Shown in pieces: positions 28,796-50,857 of a DNA stretch of 64,000 bases (positions within the stretch are counted from its first letter, which is position 1; each line of letters opens with the position of its first letter). The DNA lies in contig NIVC01000197.1 of the NCBI GenBank assembly GCA_002269645.1, positions 666,638 to 730,637 of the forward strand. Direction: 5' to 3'. Position numbers and translations under genes: made by a program. The notes beneath the pieces were generated by a model. It saw only the letters and a program-made list of their open reading frames with translations, searched no databases and was not told the DNA's origin. This DNA is from Macrostomum lignano (lineage: Eukaryota).

Positions 28796-29366
28796 CAGGG
28801 GCCAATTTCATAAAGAAGCTACAAATGACACGTGACAAGCGTCAACGATTTTGGTCTCATAAATATGGGATCTTTATACGAGTATTAACGGCGCCCTCTG
28901 AATTTCCCATTCTTAAAGCAGGGTATTACTATTATTGTGCCATAGACATTTGTGTCCTTGACAAAGTGGGACAAAATTAGCGGGCAGTTAATGATATTAA
29001 CTGCCCGCTAATTTGCATTAGAGTAAGTTTGAAATAGGATTAATAGAAGTTAAATGAAATACCGACCTCAAACCCATAGAATATCTTATACATATTAGGA
29101 AGGCAATACAAGCTACAAGTGTCCCAGCAGCGACTTGTCAAAGCACATGACAAGAGGAAGTATTTTAACACAAAGGCGTCCATTTTAGTGCATGTCTATG
29201 GAACAAACCCCTGAAAAGCGCTTATAATTGGTTAAATTTAGCTTGCCACCTGTCACTTGTCGAAATGTCAAGTTGGACCCGTTTTTTTATGAAACGCATT
29301 ATTTTGCAGAATTGTCACTTTTCACTTTTAATTTGTCCGACAAGTGCTTTATGAAATGGGCCCCTG
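28796..29366. mobile_element. MITE with 20-bp TIRs, possibly Harbinger/PIF-like
   Basis: CAGGGGCCAATTTCATAAAG ... CTTTATGAAATGGGCCCCTG (1 mismatch). No clean TSD, so the superfamily is uncertain. Confidence 0.7.
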
Positions 29367-30099
29367 AAGTCTAATAAATAAATTGCTATAGAACTCCAGC
29401 ATTCGAGTGCAAATTCATATGGACTTTATGAGATCATGTGATTCGGCAGTTGTACCAATATATCATTGCATTAATGTATCATAACGGAGAACAGTGATTG
29501 ACAGTTGAGCAAGCCTTAGAGAGGGGATTAATGCTTCTCAGTGATGCATACATCTTTCGCAATATCTGCAAGTTGCTGGTACACTATGTGCGCTGAATGG
29601 CGAAAAAAATTCAAAGAGCCACATTGTCTGTCAAAATTTTGCTGCGAGCATTTTCTAAATGAATTTATCGTTCCAATAGGTTGAATAGCTAGACTGTTGA
29701 AAATGTATTCAGCGACAGTGAATCTCTTCAATAGCTTCTCGGGCACCGAGTGGCACGCTATTATGCACTGCATGCTTCTCGGCTAGAAGGCCTGAAGCCA
29801 GTACGAACCACGGTCCAATCAGGCGTCTCCCAACCAAGTCAGGCGCCCAAAATTCACCGTTACAAGTGGCCCAGCATCTCTGCTCCCGCTCACGCCCCCT
29901 GCGCCTGACTCTGTCACTGTTCTCCAGGCAAACTGTTGCTGACGGAATCTTGCCCTTCAAGTTCGGTACTTTCTGATAGCACGACGGTAAGTTTTGGCTT
30001 GATTTCATTCGAGTGACCTGATCATATTTCTTTGCGTCGGATCCATTTCTTCCGAAGTTAGAACTTGTGCTCTTGTTGCACTGCCAGAAATGATAAGAT

Positions 30100-30480
30100 A
30101 GAATTGGTCTGACAGAATTGGTTTGACAGAATTGGTCTGACAGAATTGGTCTGACAGAATTGGTCTGACAGAATTGGTCTGACAGAATCAGTTTGACAAA
30201 ACCGGTCTGGCAGAATTGGTCTGACAGAATTGGTCTGACAGAATTGGTCTGACAGAATTGGTCCGACAGAATTGGTCTGACAGAATTGGTCTGACAGAAT
30301 TGGTCCGACAGAATTGGTCTGACAGAATTGGTCTGACAGAATTGGTCTGACAGAATTGGTCTGACAGAATTGGTCCGACAGAATTGGTCTGACAGAGTTA
30401 GTCTGACAGAATCGGTCTGACAGAATCAGTTTGACAAAACCGGTCTGACAGAATCGGTCAGACAGAACCGGTCAGACAGA
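30100..30480. repeat. 14-bp minisatellite (ctgacagaattggt)
   Basis: More than 20 tandem units. Confidence 0.95.
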
Positions 30481-33303
30481 TTCGAACAAGCAGATGGACC
30501 GAATAAGATTCTACAGGCCAGAAATCACTCGCAGAGAAAATGGCCCAGTTTATGTTAGAAATAAAAGCATTTGTCAATATTTGATCCAATAACTCATAAA
30601 GCGGCTGCGAACTTGCCTGCTGGATTTGCAGAATTGAAAATGGCATTATTTGCGCATGCATGTACGAGCGTTGCAAAGATTTAGCAATAAAAGCAGGAGT
30701 CCGATAGACTAAAATCGAATGCCATTGTAGCTGGATGGTGTTCTCATCTCAAACGCTATTTTACTCGTTAGGTGATATCAGCTCAAGAGCCTTGATGCAG
30801 TGGATAAGCAAACAGAGCTGTGCCTGCCCCTGACATTCGCTTGCAATGGGGAGACGAAATTTAAAATCCCCTATGACCGGATCTAGCTTATTGCCGTCAA
30901 GGGCCGATCAAGATTTGTGATATGGCAGCAGATATGATGGAGACTCAAGCATCTGTCCTTAACCGGGCAGGCAACCCTGCAGCAAAGAGATTGTCACTGC
31001 TTTCAAATCTACCGATGAGGGGTAGAAGCTATCGAGGTTGATGGAGCATGCTCGAACTGCAGCTAAAGTGAGTGGCCAGATGCACTTTAAGAGGCTGATC
31101 GATTCAGAAAAATGCCCATTATCCTTCAATATTTGCCTTCACCGAAATTCAATCAGTAACCGGGCGATCAGACGAGCTGCCCGACCCCGATGCTCGGAGA
31201 CTGAATCCAGTTTTTGGCTTGCAGAGCCGCAAAATGCAATTTGCTGCATTCAAATTTCTTTGCAGCCGAATGTCATTCTTGGGGTATTGAGTTATGACAG
31301 GGATCGGCAAGGACATGCGGCCCGCGAAGCCTCTCTATCCGGCCCTCGGGTCCTTTGAAACTTCATAATAGCAATCCGGCCCGCTCAAGGCTTGTGTCTT
31401 CTTAACTCTCTTCTCTCCTCTCGCTTCTCTCGCCTTTCCTCTCTCATCTACCATTCTCTCTCCTTTCCACTCTCATCTGGCCCACACTGTGAGCTTAGAA
31501 ATTAAGAAATTAAGACATCCCTAAGCCTGTGATTTTAAGCCACCAAAGACTTAAATTGAAACTTCAAACCACCGCAGTTGCATTAAGCTTCTACCTATCG
31601 CCTCAGTACAGATCCTGAAATACTGACACTGAGAGCATTCACGGACACCCAAAATTTCCTTTCTCTTAATTTCTAGTCCCGCGCGGCAGCCCGCAAATCC
31701 GTTCATTATCTGTGAATGTTGTACGGCTGAGCACTGTTTGAGCTGCATGCAGCACGGGTTTGTTGGCTGAAGAGTGGAATATCGTTAATGGCTCTGTTAG
31801 GCCTCTGCTGGGCCTGCTCTGCTCTCAGACTCTCCTCGCATGCCTAATGGCATCTCAGCCCTACATTGTACGGAAATAACAATGCCAGCTCGTAGATCAA
31901 CCCAACGCCTCGTCCTGTAGCTCTCAGGCATTTTATCAATAGAGAACAGGGCACACTTGGTGTAGGCAGGAAATTTATGGCTATAAGAAAGCCACACCTG
32001 GCCTCTAACGTGCCCCTTCCAGAAACTTAAGCACCCATTAGCCATTGTTAATTTGGCAATAATGGGACACCTATTCTTTATAGATGAAGCCGATTAAGTC
32101 AATATCGCCACCAGTCAATGTCCGAAAGAATTCCTGTCACGTTGAAAGCATTTGCATGGCAAAATGACTTTTTTTCTGATCGAGCAAGGAAAACCCGCGC
32201 GAACAGATGAGCGGCGGCAACTCAGGCTCTTCGTCAGCTCTTGCTGCACACTTGAGTCTAAAAATTTCACTTCCATAGCCAGGCCTGTGGCGGCATGCCA
32301 AGGCGCTGAGAGCATCGATTTTTTGTCTCTTTCACCTTTCCCCTCTCATTTCTGCCAACAATTTTGAGGGGACGAACTCCCTGACTGAAACAATGAGGCT
32401 GCCATCTGTTTGTTAGGTGGCAGATGGGGCGGGAGAAGCTGCACTGTAGCCCTCCCCCCAAATCTTCTCAAACAGTCCCGAGCGTTTCCTTTCTCCGCCT
32501 CGCATGCAAACAGGGACAGCCGCAGTGAAAGTTTCTCCCAGCCTCCTTGGGCTTCATCTCGGGGCCTAGTGAGGATACTCAGACTCCGCCTCGGCAGCAG
32601 CAGGAAGGAAACGCAAAGAGGCTGCAGAAGACAGAGCGAAGTAGGCGTGGAAACTAACTAAGAAAACATTTCTGCTTAACGTCTCGGCTTGGTTTTGCTC
32701 CTACTCGAGTCTTACATGGCCGAATTAAGATTCAAAACAGGCAGTGATCGCTTAGAGAGACCTCAGCAGAGCACTGCGAACTCTGCTTGCCAATGATCTG
32801 TATAGCCAAGTGACTGCTTGATTAGTGCCCTGGGTTCATCCGGGATCTCTTCTGCATTGCCACCTCCTTACCTCTTGCAGAAGGCAGCAACAGCTGGTAG
32901 GGGACCCGCGGCAGAAGGCATGCAGCATGAAAATCAACGGGTTAGCAGTTTGAGGGGCCACTCGTAGCGGCCTTAGAACGGAATGTGTTAAGTCCATGCC
33001 AGGCGCCTAAATTACTAGGTAGGCGGGGCGAGTCTGGGGCGCACTGAACTGGCAATAGTAGCAATGGTGATGAAGACTGCCGCGGAGACTGCGAGCGCAA
33101 ACGCATAAATCAGATCACTGCTTTTCGTCGCACGTTCTTCCCAATCATATTTTCTAGCCTTGGCACTTCTTCCTCTTCAGTTTGAGGACTCGTCGCCGGT
33201 TGCTCCATCAGGTTCCTCGCAGCCTCCGCAAGTTCATCTCAAGGGAGTTTGCTCTTCCACCCCAGCCTTCTGAAGTGCTCCCCGAACTGCGAAACCGGCG
33301 GCG

Positions 33304-41712
<8,409 letters not shown>

Positions 41713-41723
<11 letters not shown>

Positions 41724-41838
41724 GCGGCGAGTTCTGAGCAGGGAGTTCTGAGCAGGGAGTTCTGAGCAGGAAGTTCTGAGCGGGGAGTTCTGAGCGGGGA
41801 GTTCTGAGCGGCGAGTTCTGAGCGGCGAGTTCTGAGCT
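41713..41838. repeat. 14-bp minisatellite (ggcgagttctgagc) overlapping the P2X stop codon
   Basis: About nine units; the first contains GGC GAG TTC TGA. Confidence 0.9.
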
Positions 41839-42971
41839 GGGACAGCTCGAGTGCATGTAGAGAGAGGGCCGCGAAATCATGCAAAATTTCACTTGAAGGC
41901 TGCTTTTCGCTGCAGAAAAACAAAAGTTTTCAGCTTTATCAGCACAAATCATTATCCATACTTCACTTTCCGAACTGCCGCATTGCAAATGAAGCAATTT
42001 AAAGTTTTTTGTCAAGCCTTTCGAAATTTCCTGATTTGCAGCGAGTCCTGCATGTTCGAGACAGCCTACTGACCGGAGAGGCCAGTAGTAGGCTCGTAGG
42101 CGTGGAGTGTTAAAACCAGAATCACGTGACTTCGGCTTAGCTAGTAGAATTAAAGGACACGGATGTACTAAATTTCGATTTCGTATCATCTATAAAATCT
42201 TATTTTCGTCGCAGCTAAAGGCCCAAAGATTTGTGTTTGTCTGGCATGTCACGCCGAAGATGTGTTTTGTGTGCCCCCATATTAAATTGAATTGTAATTT
42301 CTATGAAGTAAGATTCTTTGACTTTGTCAGAAAATCTTTTTGATATAAACAATTGAACTGCATCATTTTTATCATGTTCTAGCTGTAAAAACACTACTAA
42401 TTGTCAGTAGTCTATGCCTATTGTAAAACTGTTATAATTATTCTGTCAACTGCACTGCCCAATCCTCTATTGTTGTTTCAATGTATTACAAAAGCGTTTA
42501 GCCATTCATCCCAACTTCTGTTCCCACATTGTCACTACAAAAATTCTTGATTACTGTATATTATTTCTTCGATTTTGAGATAATAAGTCATTTTCATCGC
42601 ACTATAAATTGCCTACATAAGATTCATTGCATTCATCAACACATTGAAATAAAGATTTTAGTTAAAAAGTTTTCCATTGTTTACATGTTTGAGTAACAGG
42701 CAGCGACATGTTGCATTGAGTGACATGATGCATTGAATCACAGGTATCAATAAAGACTTCCACCAATGATCAACAACACTTCGAGTTAAAGTGCAATAAG
42801 CAAACTGAAGTTGCTAGAAATTTGCACTGGTAAAAACGATGCTAGCCTACTCAACACCAGACATGTTTTTCATGCGGGTGGCACTGCTATAAAAAGTTAT
42901 TTTGAATGAAATATGTGACAAAAAATAGAAAATTATAAAAATACAAAACACAAGTTAAGGGTGGACCCACC

Positions 42972-43425
42972 CTGATCCCACTGCTTACACCAGTGATCCC
43001 ACTGCTCACATCTTTGATCCCACTGCTCACATCTCTGATCCCACTGCTCACATCTCTGATCCCACTGCTTACACCTGTGATCCCACTGCTCACATCTTTG
43101 ATCCCACTGCTCACATCTCTAATCCCACTGCTCACATCTTTGATCCCACTGCTCACATCTGTGATCCCACTGCTCACATCTCTAATCCCACTGCTCACAT
43201 CTTTGATCCCACTGCTCACATCTGTGATCCCACTGCTCACATCTCTAATCCCACTGCTCACATCTGTGATCCCACTGCTCACATCTGTGATCCCACTGCT
43301 CACATCTTTGATCCCACTGCTCACATCTCTGATCCCACTGCTCACATCTCTGATCCCACTGCTCACATCTCTGATCCCACTGCTTACATCTCTGATCCCA
43401 CTGCTCACATCTCTGATCCCACTGC
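42972..43425. repeat. 21-bp minisatellite (tgatcccactgctcacatctc), downstream of the GPCR
   Basis: About 21 units; the same unit as 45856-46475. Confidence 0.96.
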
Positions 43426-43467
43426 TCGGCTCTCCACGCTCCTAAGCTACTGGTAGTTCAAAGGTAA

Positions 43468-45817
43468 TCAGCGACTGAGGCAGCCTCCATCCCCGCCTCC
43501 TTGGCGCAAGTCACCGGTGGCCCCGGCAGTTGCCACCAGTCCTGAGCCGACCAACGGCAGCGAGACGCCGCCAGCGCAGTCCCCGCCGCAGTCGACGCGC
43601 CCAACTCCAATGCCTGCATCGCCTCCAGGAGGTCGGCAGCGGCAGATCAGCCGGCGCAGGTCGTCGCGAAATCTCGCCGACGACGCTGAGTAGACGAAGA
43701 AGTTCATCAGCGAATCGGTGACGGACAGCACGTTGGTGACGATGTCCGGGTGGAACGGCAGCCACTTCAGCAGCTCCGGCCAGAGCCCCAGCGCCGTTGT
43801 GGACACGAAGGTTGGAAACTCGAGCACGCAAAAGACGGCCGCCAGGCTGAGGACCATCCAGCTGGCTCGCTGGGACGCCGCCTGACTTGACAGCCGCCTG
43901 TGCTGACACTTGGCGAGGCTGCGGCGGCTGCGGCGCAGCTGATGCCACATCACCGCGGTGGGCACCGGGATTAGCAGGGTCGGCACCAGAGACTGCGAGT
44001 TTCAGGGATTTATTGGGCTTTAGGCTTTGCCAGCAGCTCACCATTCTCATCATTTTTGGCTTTGTGGCAACTGATGGGATCAGTGATGAGCAGAGATGGG
44101 CAGCGGCGGGATCGGATGCCCAGTGAGGTTGGATCAGAGCTGGGATTTGAGAGTGGTGGGATCAGAGATGAGATTTGAGAGTGGTGGGATCAGAGATGAG
44201 ATTTGAGAGTGGTGGGATCAGAGATGGGATTTGAGAGTTGCGATGGGATCAGAGATGGGATTTGAGAGTTGCGATGGGATCAGAGATGGGATTTGAGAGT
44301 GGTGGGATCAGAGATGGGATTTGAGAGTGGTGGGATCAGAGATGGGATTTGAGAGTGGTGGGATCAGAGATGGGATTTGAGAGTGGTGGGATCAGACATG
44401 GGATTTAAGAGTGGTGGGATCAGACATGGGATTTGAGAGTGGTGGGATCAGACATGGGATTTGAGAGTGGTGGGATCAGACATGGGATTTGAGAGTGGTT
44501 GGAATCAGAGATGGGATTTGAGAGTGGTGGGATCAGAGATGGGATTTGAGAGATGATGGATCAGAGATGGGATTTGAGAGTGATGGGTCAGAGATGGTGG
44601 GGTCAGAGATGGTGAGATCAGAGATGGTGAGATCAGAGATGGTGAGATCAGAGATGGTGGGGTCAGAGATGGTGGGATCAGAGATGGTGAGATCAGAGAT
44701 GGTGGGATCAGAGATGGTAGGATCAGAGATGGTGGGATCAAAGATGGTGGGGTCAGAGATGGTGGAATCAGAGATGGTGGGATCAAAGATGGTGGGATCA
44801 AAGATTGTGGGGTCTGAGATGGTGGAATCAGAGATGGTGGGATCAAAGATGGTGGGGTCAGAGATGGTGGGATCAAAGATGGTGGGGTCAGAGATGGTGG
44901 GATCAAAGATGGTGGAATCAGAGATAGTGGGATCAGAGATGGTGAGATCAGAGATGGTGAGATCAGAGATGGTGAGATCAGAGATGGTGGGATCAAAGAT
45001 GGTGGGATCAGAGATGGTGGGATCAAAGATGGTGGAATCAGAGATAGTGGGATCAGAGATGGTGAGATCAGAGATGGTGGGATCAGAGATGGTGAGATCA
45101 GAGATTGTGGGATCAGAGATGGTGGGAGCAGAGATGGTGGGATCAAAGATGGGATAGGGAAGATTTCACGAGAAGATTCAGAGGATTCGAACTGGAACTC
45201 GCCTGGAAGGCGTACACCGCCCAAGTCAGGGCCTGGTTTCGCAGCAGCGGCCGGGCCACTACGCTGCCTGGCTCCAGGTTGGTGCACAGGACGCCGGCCT
45301 CAGCGAGGTTGGCCGCCGCAGCCAGGCCGATCGCTAGCGCCAGCGCCACGCCGAAGGCGGCGGCCAGGCGGCTCCGGTTGAACAGCAGGCAGCGTCTGAC
45401 AGCCAGCGGCCGGGCAACCGCCTCGCAGCGGGCAGAGCAGATCAGCAGCACCGTCCAGTTGCGGGCCGACACCAGCGCGTTGATGGCAACGTGGACGCAG
45501 CTGGTGATGGCGAAGCTGGCGACGGTGTGCCAGTGCTCGAGGCCGGTGCGCACGATGGCGGCCTCGGCCAGCAGGGCGCACTGCAGGCACACCTCGGTGC
45601 AGGAGATGTACAGCAGCGACAGGCGAACTGCGCGATTGTCGAAGCGCTGTCTGGCGAAGATGTACAGCGCCAGGGAGTTGGCGACCAGTGCAGTCGCGGC
45701 GATGGGCGCTATGACCAGGCAGGTGGCACGCTCAGTGTCCAGGTAGTCATGCTCGTGCTCGTCCAGCGTCCGGTTCAGCTCGGACTGGTTGCAGCGGTCG
45801 CGGAAAAAATACAGCAT
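43468..45817 (-). CDS. Orphan rhodopsin-like (class A) GPCR, 2 coding exons, ~379 aa
   Basis: Exons 45817..45203 and 43992..43468, joined by a GC-AG intron to give AVYAFQ|SLVPTLLI. Seven hydrophobic segments; TM1 ANSLAL, TM3 ARNWTVLLICSARCEAVARP, TM6 AVFCVLEFP, TM7 DSLMNFFVY and helix 8 SARFRDDL. Confidence 0.88.
44140..45152. repeat. 27-bp then 15-bp minisatellites (gagatggtgggatca) in the GPCR intron
   Basis: Directly visible; related by inversion to the flanking 21-bp unit. Confidence 0.95.
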
Positions 45818-45855
45818 GCCGAGCTGATGGGGACGGTGCGTTGAGGACTTCTGCA

Positions 45856-46475
45856 GTGATCCGATCCTACTGCTCACATCTGTGATCCCACTGCTTACAC
45901 CTGTGATCCCACTGCTCACATCTCTGATCCCACTGCTCACATCTCTGATCCCACTGCTCACATCTCTGATCCCACTGCTCACATCTCTGATCCCACTGCT
46001 CACATCTCTGATCCCACTGCTCACATCTCTGATCCCACTGCTCACATCTCTGATCCCACTGTTTACATCTCTGATCCCACTGTTCACATCTCTGATCCCA
46101 CTGCTCACATCTCTGATCCCACTGCTCACATCTCTGATCCCAGTGCTCATATCTCTGATCCCACTGCTCACATCTTTGATCCCACTGCTCATATCTCTGA
46201 TCCCACTGCTCATATCTCTGATCCTACTGCTCACATCTCTGATCCCACTGCTCACATCTCTGATCCCACTGCTCACATCTCTGATCCCACTGCTCACATC
46301 TCTGATCCCACTGCTCACATCTCAGATCCCACTGCTCACATCTCTGATCCCACTGCTCACATCTCTGATCCCACTGCTTACACCTGTGATCCCACTGCTC
46401 AAATCTCTGATCCCACTGCTTACACCTGTGATCCCACTGCTCATATCTCTGATCCCACTGCTTATATCTCTGATC
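45856..46475. repeat. 21-bp minisatellite (tgatcccactgctcacatctc), upstream of the GPCR ATG
   Basis: About 29 units. Confidence 0.96.
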
Positions 46476-47366
46476 CTTATTAATGTTGAGATACGAGCGA
46501 AAAATATCATTTTCCATGCTTTCAATTTAACAGCGCAACAAGCTGCAGTTCAGAAAATTTGTTTGTATTTCCAAATCTCCTTCGATCTCTTTCTACGAGA
46601 TGGAATCAAAAGCTCTAGATAATGACCAGCGAAAACTGGATTGATGAAGAAGCAGCAAGGACTTGTGAATCATTCAGAATTGTTTTGATCTTCTTTCAGA
46701 AAGCTTCACTCTTATCGAATTCATTGTATTCCTGCTTTCAGTGCGTTCAGTTCGAGCTCATATGAGCCGCAATCTCTCTCCTCTCTGTGTCAGCCGTATC
46801 TTTCAGGCACTTACAACTTACAACTACATAAATATGATTGATTGAGCAGTTCTCCTTCCTAATAATTCCTTGTCTATCTCTTATCCTTTGTCGGAAACAC
46901 TTGAAGCCGACTGTGCCACCCGGGCATGCAAAACACGCGCACTTATCACAGCCGTACCTGTACCACTATTGCACTGGCAGCAGATCTGGAAGCGCGGGCT
47001 CTCAGTTCCTGTTGAATTTATGACCCGTTACGCTCCGCGGGGTGGATAAGGGGAAGCGATATAAAACTCCGGGAGAATGGGGAACCAAACAAGGCAAAGC
47101 GCACCGGTGCAGCGGATCAGTAAAAAGATGGGATGCAGCGGCCTAAGTGTGACGCCCCAGCTTAAAGTCCCGGTTTATCGGGCATCAGCAGCGGGTCACG
47201 CCGGTGTCAAGTCATAGAAATGCGCCGCCATTCGGTAGAATAATGAAAACTAAACATTGCCGAAAGCAGACAGCCGACAGATCATAAAAAGTACAACGCC
47301 TACAATAAGCTTGGAACTCTCGCTAGACCTTGCTGGAAACTTTGCTTTTATTTTTTCCTTTTGCTG

Positions 47367-47945
47367 GGATCAGAGAGCTCAGAAAGAGATCAGAGAGAGA
47401 TCAGAGAGATCAGAGATCAGAGAGGTCAGAGAGATCAGAGAGGTCAGAGAGATCAGAGAGATCAGAGAGATCAGAGAGGTCAGAGAGATCAGAGAGAGAT
47501 CAGAGAGATCAGAGAGATCAGAGAGATCAGAGAGATCAGAGAGGTCAGAGAGATCAGAGAGGTCAGAGAGATCAGAGAGATCAGAGAGATCAGAGAGGTC
47601 AGAGAGATCAGAGACCAGATAGATCAGAGACCAGATAGATCAGAGACCAGACAAAGATCAGAGAGATCAGAGACAGATAGAGATCATAGATCAGATAGAG
47701 ATCAGAGATCAGATAGAGATCAGAGACCAGATAGATCAGAGACCAGACAAAGATCAGAGAGATCCGAGACCAGAGAGAGATCAGAGACCAGACAAAGATC
47801 AGAGATTCGAGACCAGAGAGAGATCAGAGACCAGACAAAGATCAGAGATCCGAGACCAGATAGAGATCTGAGACCAGACAAAGATCAGAGATCCGAGACC
47901 AGATAGAGATCAGAGACCAGACAAAGATCAGAGAGAGATCCGAGA
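47367..47945. repeat. GATCAGAGA-based minisatellite
   Basis: 9-11-bp units grading into longer ~30-bp composite units. Confidence 0.93.
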
Positions 47946-48444
47946 GATATGGATATCAGAGAAGTATCAGAGAAACCAAAGAAGAATCAAAGGAAATCAA
48001 TGGCTGAGAAGGAAAAGCAGGGGCAGTGGAGCCTGCAATGCTTTAGATGGCCACCAGTAGAAGGGAAACAAGGCTCGAGGCCAAAAAGGTGAGCCAACAG
48101 CAACGATGCGTCAAGAATACGACTAAAAGAGAGAGGGGGGGCAAACCCTGGATAGCGGATCTGTGAAGGTGAAACTGCAGGTGATGTAGCAGCGATCGGC
48201 GATGGCTAGAAAATCAGAGAAAGAGACAGATGGGGCTCGGGAGTGCGGCAGACACTGGAGTGCGCTCCAGTGGTTCCGCTTTAGTTGCCGGGCAACTTCC
48301 AGCCTATGTGGCTCTTCCAGTTGAAGATTTGAAAAATGCGCTTGACAGAAATGCGGGGCCTGTCAGACAGCGGATTAAGGGTTGAGAGCAGCTGACGTAT
48401 GATGGCGCTGCTGCTGCGGTTTCAGGCCCAGGAAACTGCACTTA

Positions 48445-48972
48445 ACTGACTGACTGACTGACTGACTGACTGACTGACTGACTGACTGACTGACTGACTG
48501 ACTGACTGACTGACTGACTGACTGACTGACTGACTGACTGACTGACTGACTGACTGACTGACTGACTGACTGACTGACTGACTGACTGACTGACTGACTG
48601 ACTGACTGACTGACTGACTGACTGACTGACTGACTGACTGACTGACTGACTGACTGACTGACTGACTGACTGACTGACTGACTGACTGACTGACTGACTG
48701 ACTGACTGACTGACTGACTGACTGACTGACTGACTGACTGACTGACTGACTGACTGACTGACTGACTGACTGACTGACTGACTGACTGACTGACTGACTG
48801 ACTGACTGACTGACTGACTGACTGACTGACTGACTGACTGACTGACTGACTGACTGACTGACTGACTGACTGACTGACTGACTGACTGACTGACTGACTG
48901 ACTGACTGACTGACTGACTGACTGACTGACTGACTGACTGACTGACTGACTGACTGACTGACTGACTGACTG
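48445..48972. repeat. (ACTG)n microsatellite
   Basis: About 130 perfect units. Confidence 0.98.
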
Positions 48973-49272
48973 GATAATATTGTCTCACCTGTTGATTTTA
49001 GCAAAAAGGCGATTGTCTCTTCCTTCTTTGAAAGTTGTGCGCGATTCCAAAGCTATAGATATGTTTGTATGATAAAACAGAGAGTGCCCTTTTATAGACA
49101 CTGTTTACTGTGCGCCAGGGGAGACTTTGTTATACTGCGGAAAACGACCAGTGCGGCACGTATCGTCCTCATTTCGCGGGTAGTCGCTGAGCGATAAAAA
49201 TCCAGCCAATGGGATTCCGGGGCAAAGTTGCAGGGGCATTAAGGCAAGCAAGTCCTAAACTGATTCGGAACG

Positions 49273-49755
<483 letters not shown>

Positions 49756-50276
49756 GTTAATTCATTCCGGTTTTTCTACTATAAGTAGAATATTGGGGTT
49801 AGTTAAGCATTTCTACTGCATTTATTGAAACATCCCACTATCGAAAGCACCATGCAAATGAAGGTCAAGTGCATTTTAAAATAGCCCAGAGGGCAACTGC
49901 TTAATCACTGATGTGTAAAAGCAGGCGTTTTTTCGAAATTTCTAGGCTCAATAAAGGATGCGATAATTAATTATGCTTATTAAAAAGGATTTTGCTTATT
50001 AAAAATTGGGAAAATTCTCAAATGAAGATGTTCTGGAAAAGTAGACAAGGAAGGTATGCAATGAAAAAAAATGAAATTCGCTGCTTCGTTTGCGGGAAGT
50101 GAAATTTTCTTACTGTCGTCAAAAATCTGTATTAGCAAGCGCTGCAATTTGCTATATAAGATTAAAAATTATTTACTAGATGCAACATTGCCCCCGCTGT
50201 GAGCAACTTAATTGCTGATGCACCTACCGAACTGTGCAGTATTTGAGTCTGAAAGTCTGTAGCAGGGGAGACAGTT

Positions 50277-50857
50277 GCCCATTCACTGGAGGCAGTTGCA
50301 CATTCACTGGAGGCAGTTGCACATTCACTGGAGGCAGTTGCACATTCACTGGAGGCAGTTGCAAATTCACTGGAGGCAGTTGCACATTCACTGGAGGCAG
50401 TTGCAAATTCACTGGAGGCAGTTGCAAATTCACTGGAGGCAGTTGCACATTCACTGGAGGCAGTTGCACATTCACTGGAGGCAGTTGCACATTCACTGGA
50501 GGCAGTTGCACATTCACTGGAGACAGTTGCAAATTCACTGGAGGCAGTTGCACATTCACTGGAGGCAGTTGCACATCTACTAGAGGCAGTTGCAAATTCA
50601 CTAGAGGCAGTTGCTCATTCACTGGAGGCAGTTGCACATTCACTGGAGGTAGTTGCACAACTACTAGAGGCAGTTGCAAATTCACTAGAGGCAGTTGCAC
50701 ATTCACTGGAGGCAGTTGCACATTCACTGGAGGCAGTTGCACATTCACTGGAGGCAGTTGCACATTCACTGGAGGCAGTTGCACATTCACTGGAGGCAGT
50801 TGCACATTCACTGGAGGCAGTTGCACATTCACTGGAGGCAGTTGCACATTCACTGAA
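50277..50857. repeat. 21-bp minisatellite (cacattcactggaggcagttg)
   Basis: About 27 units. Confidence 0.96.
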
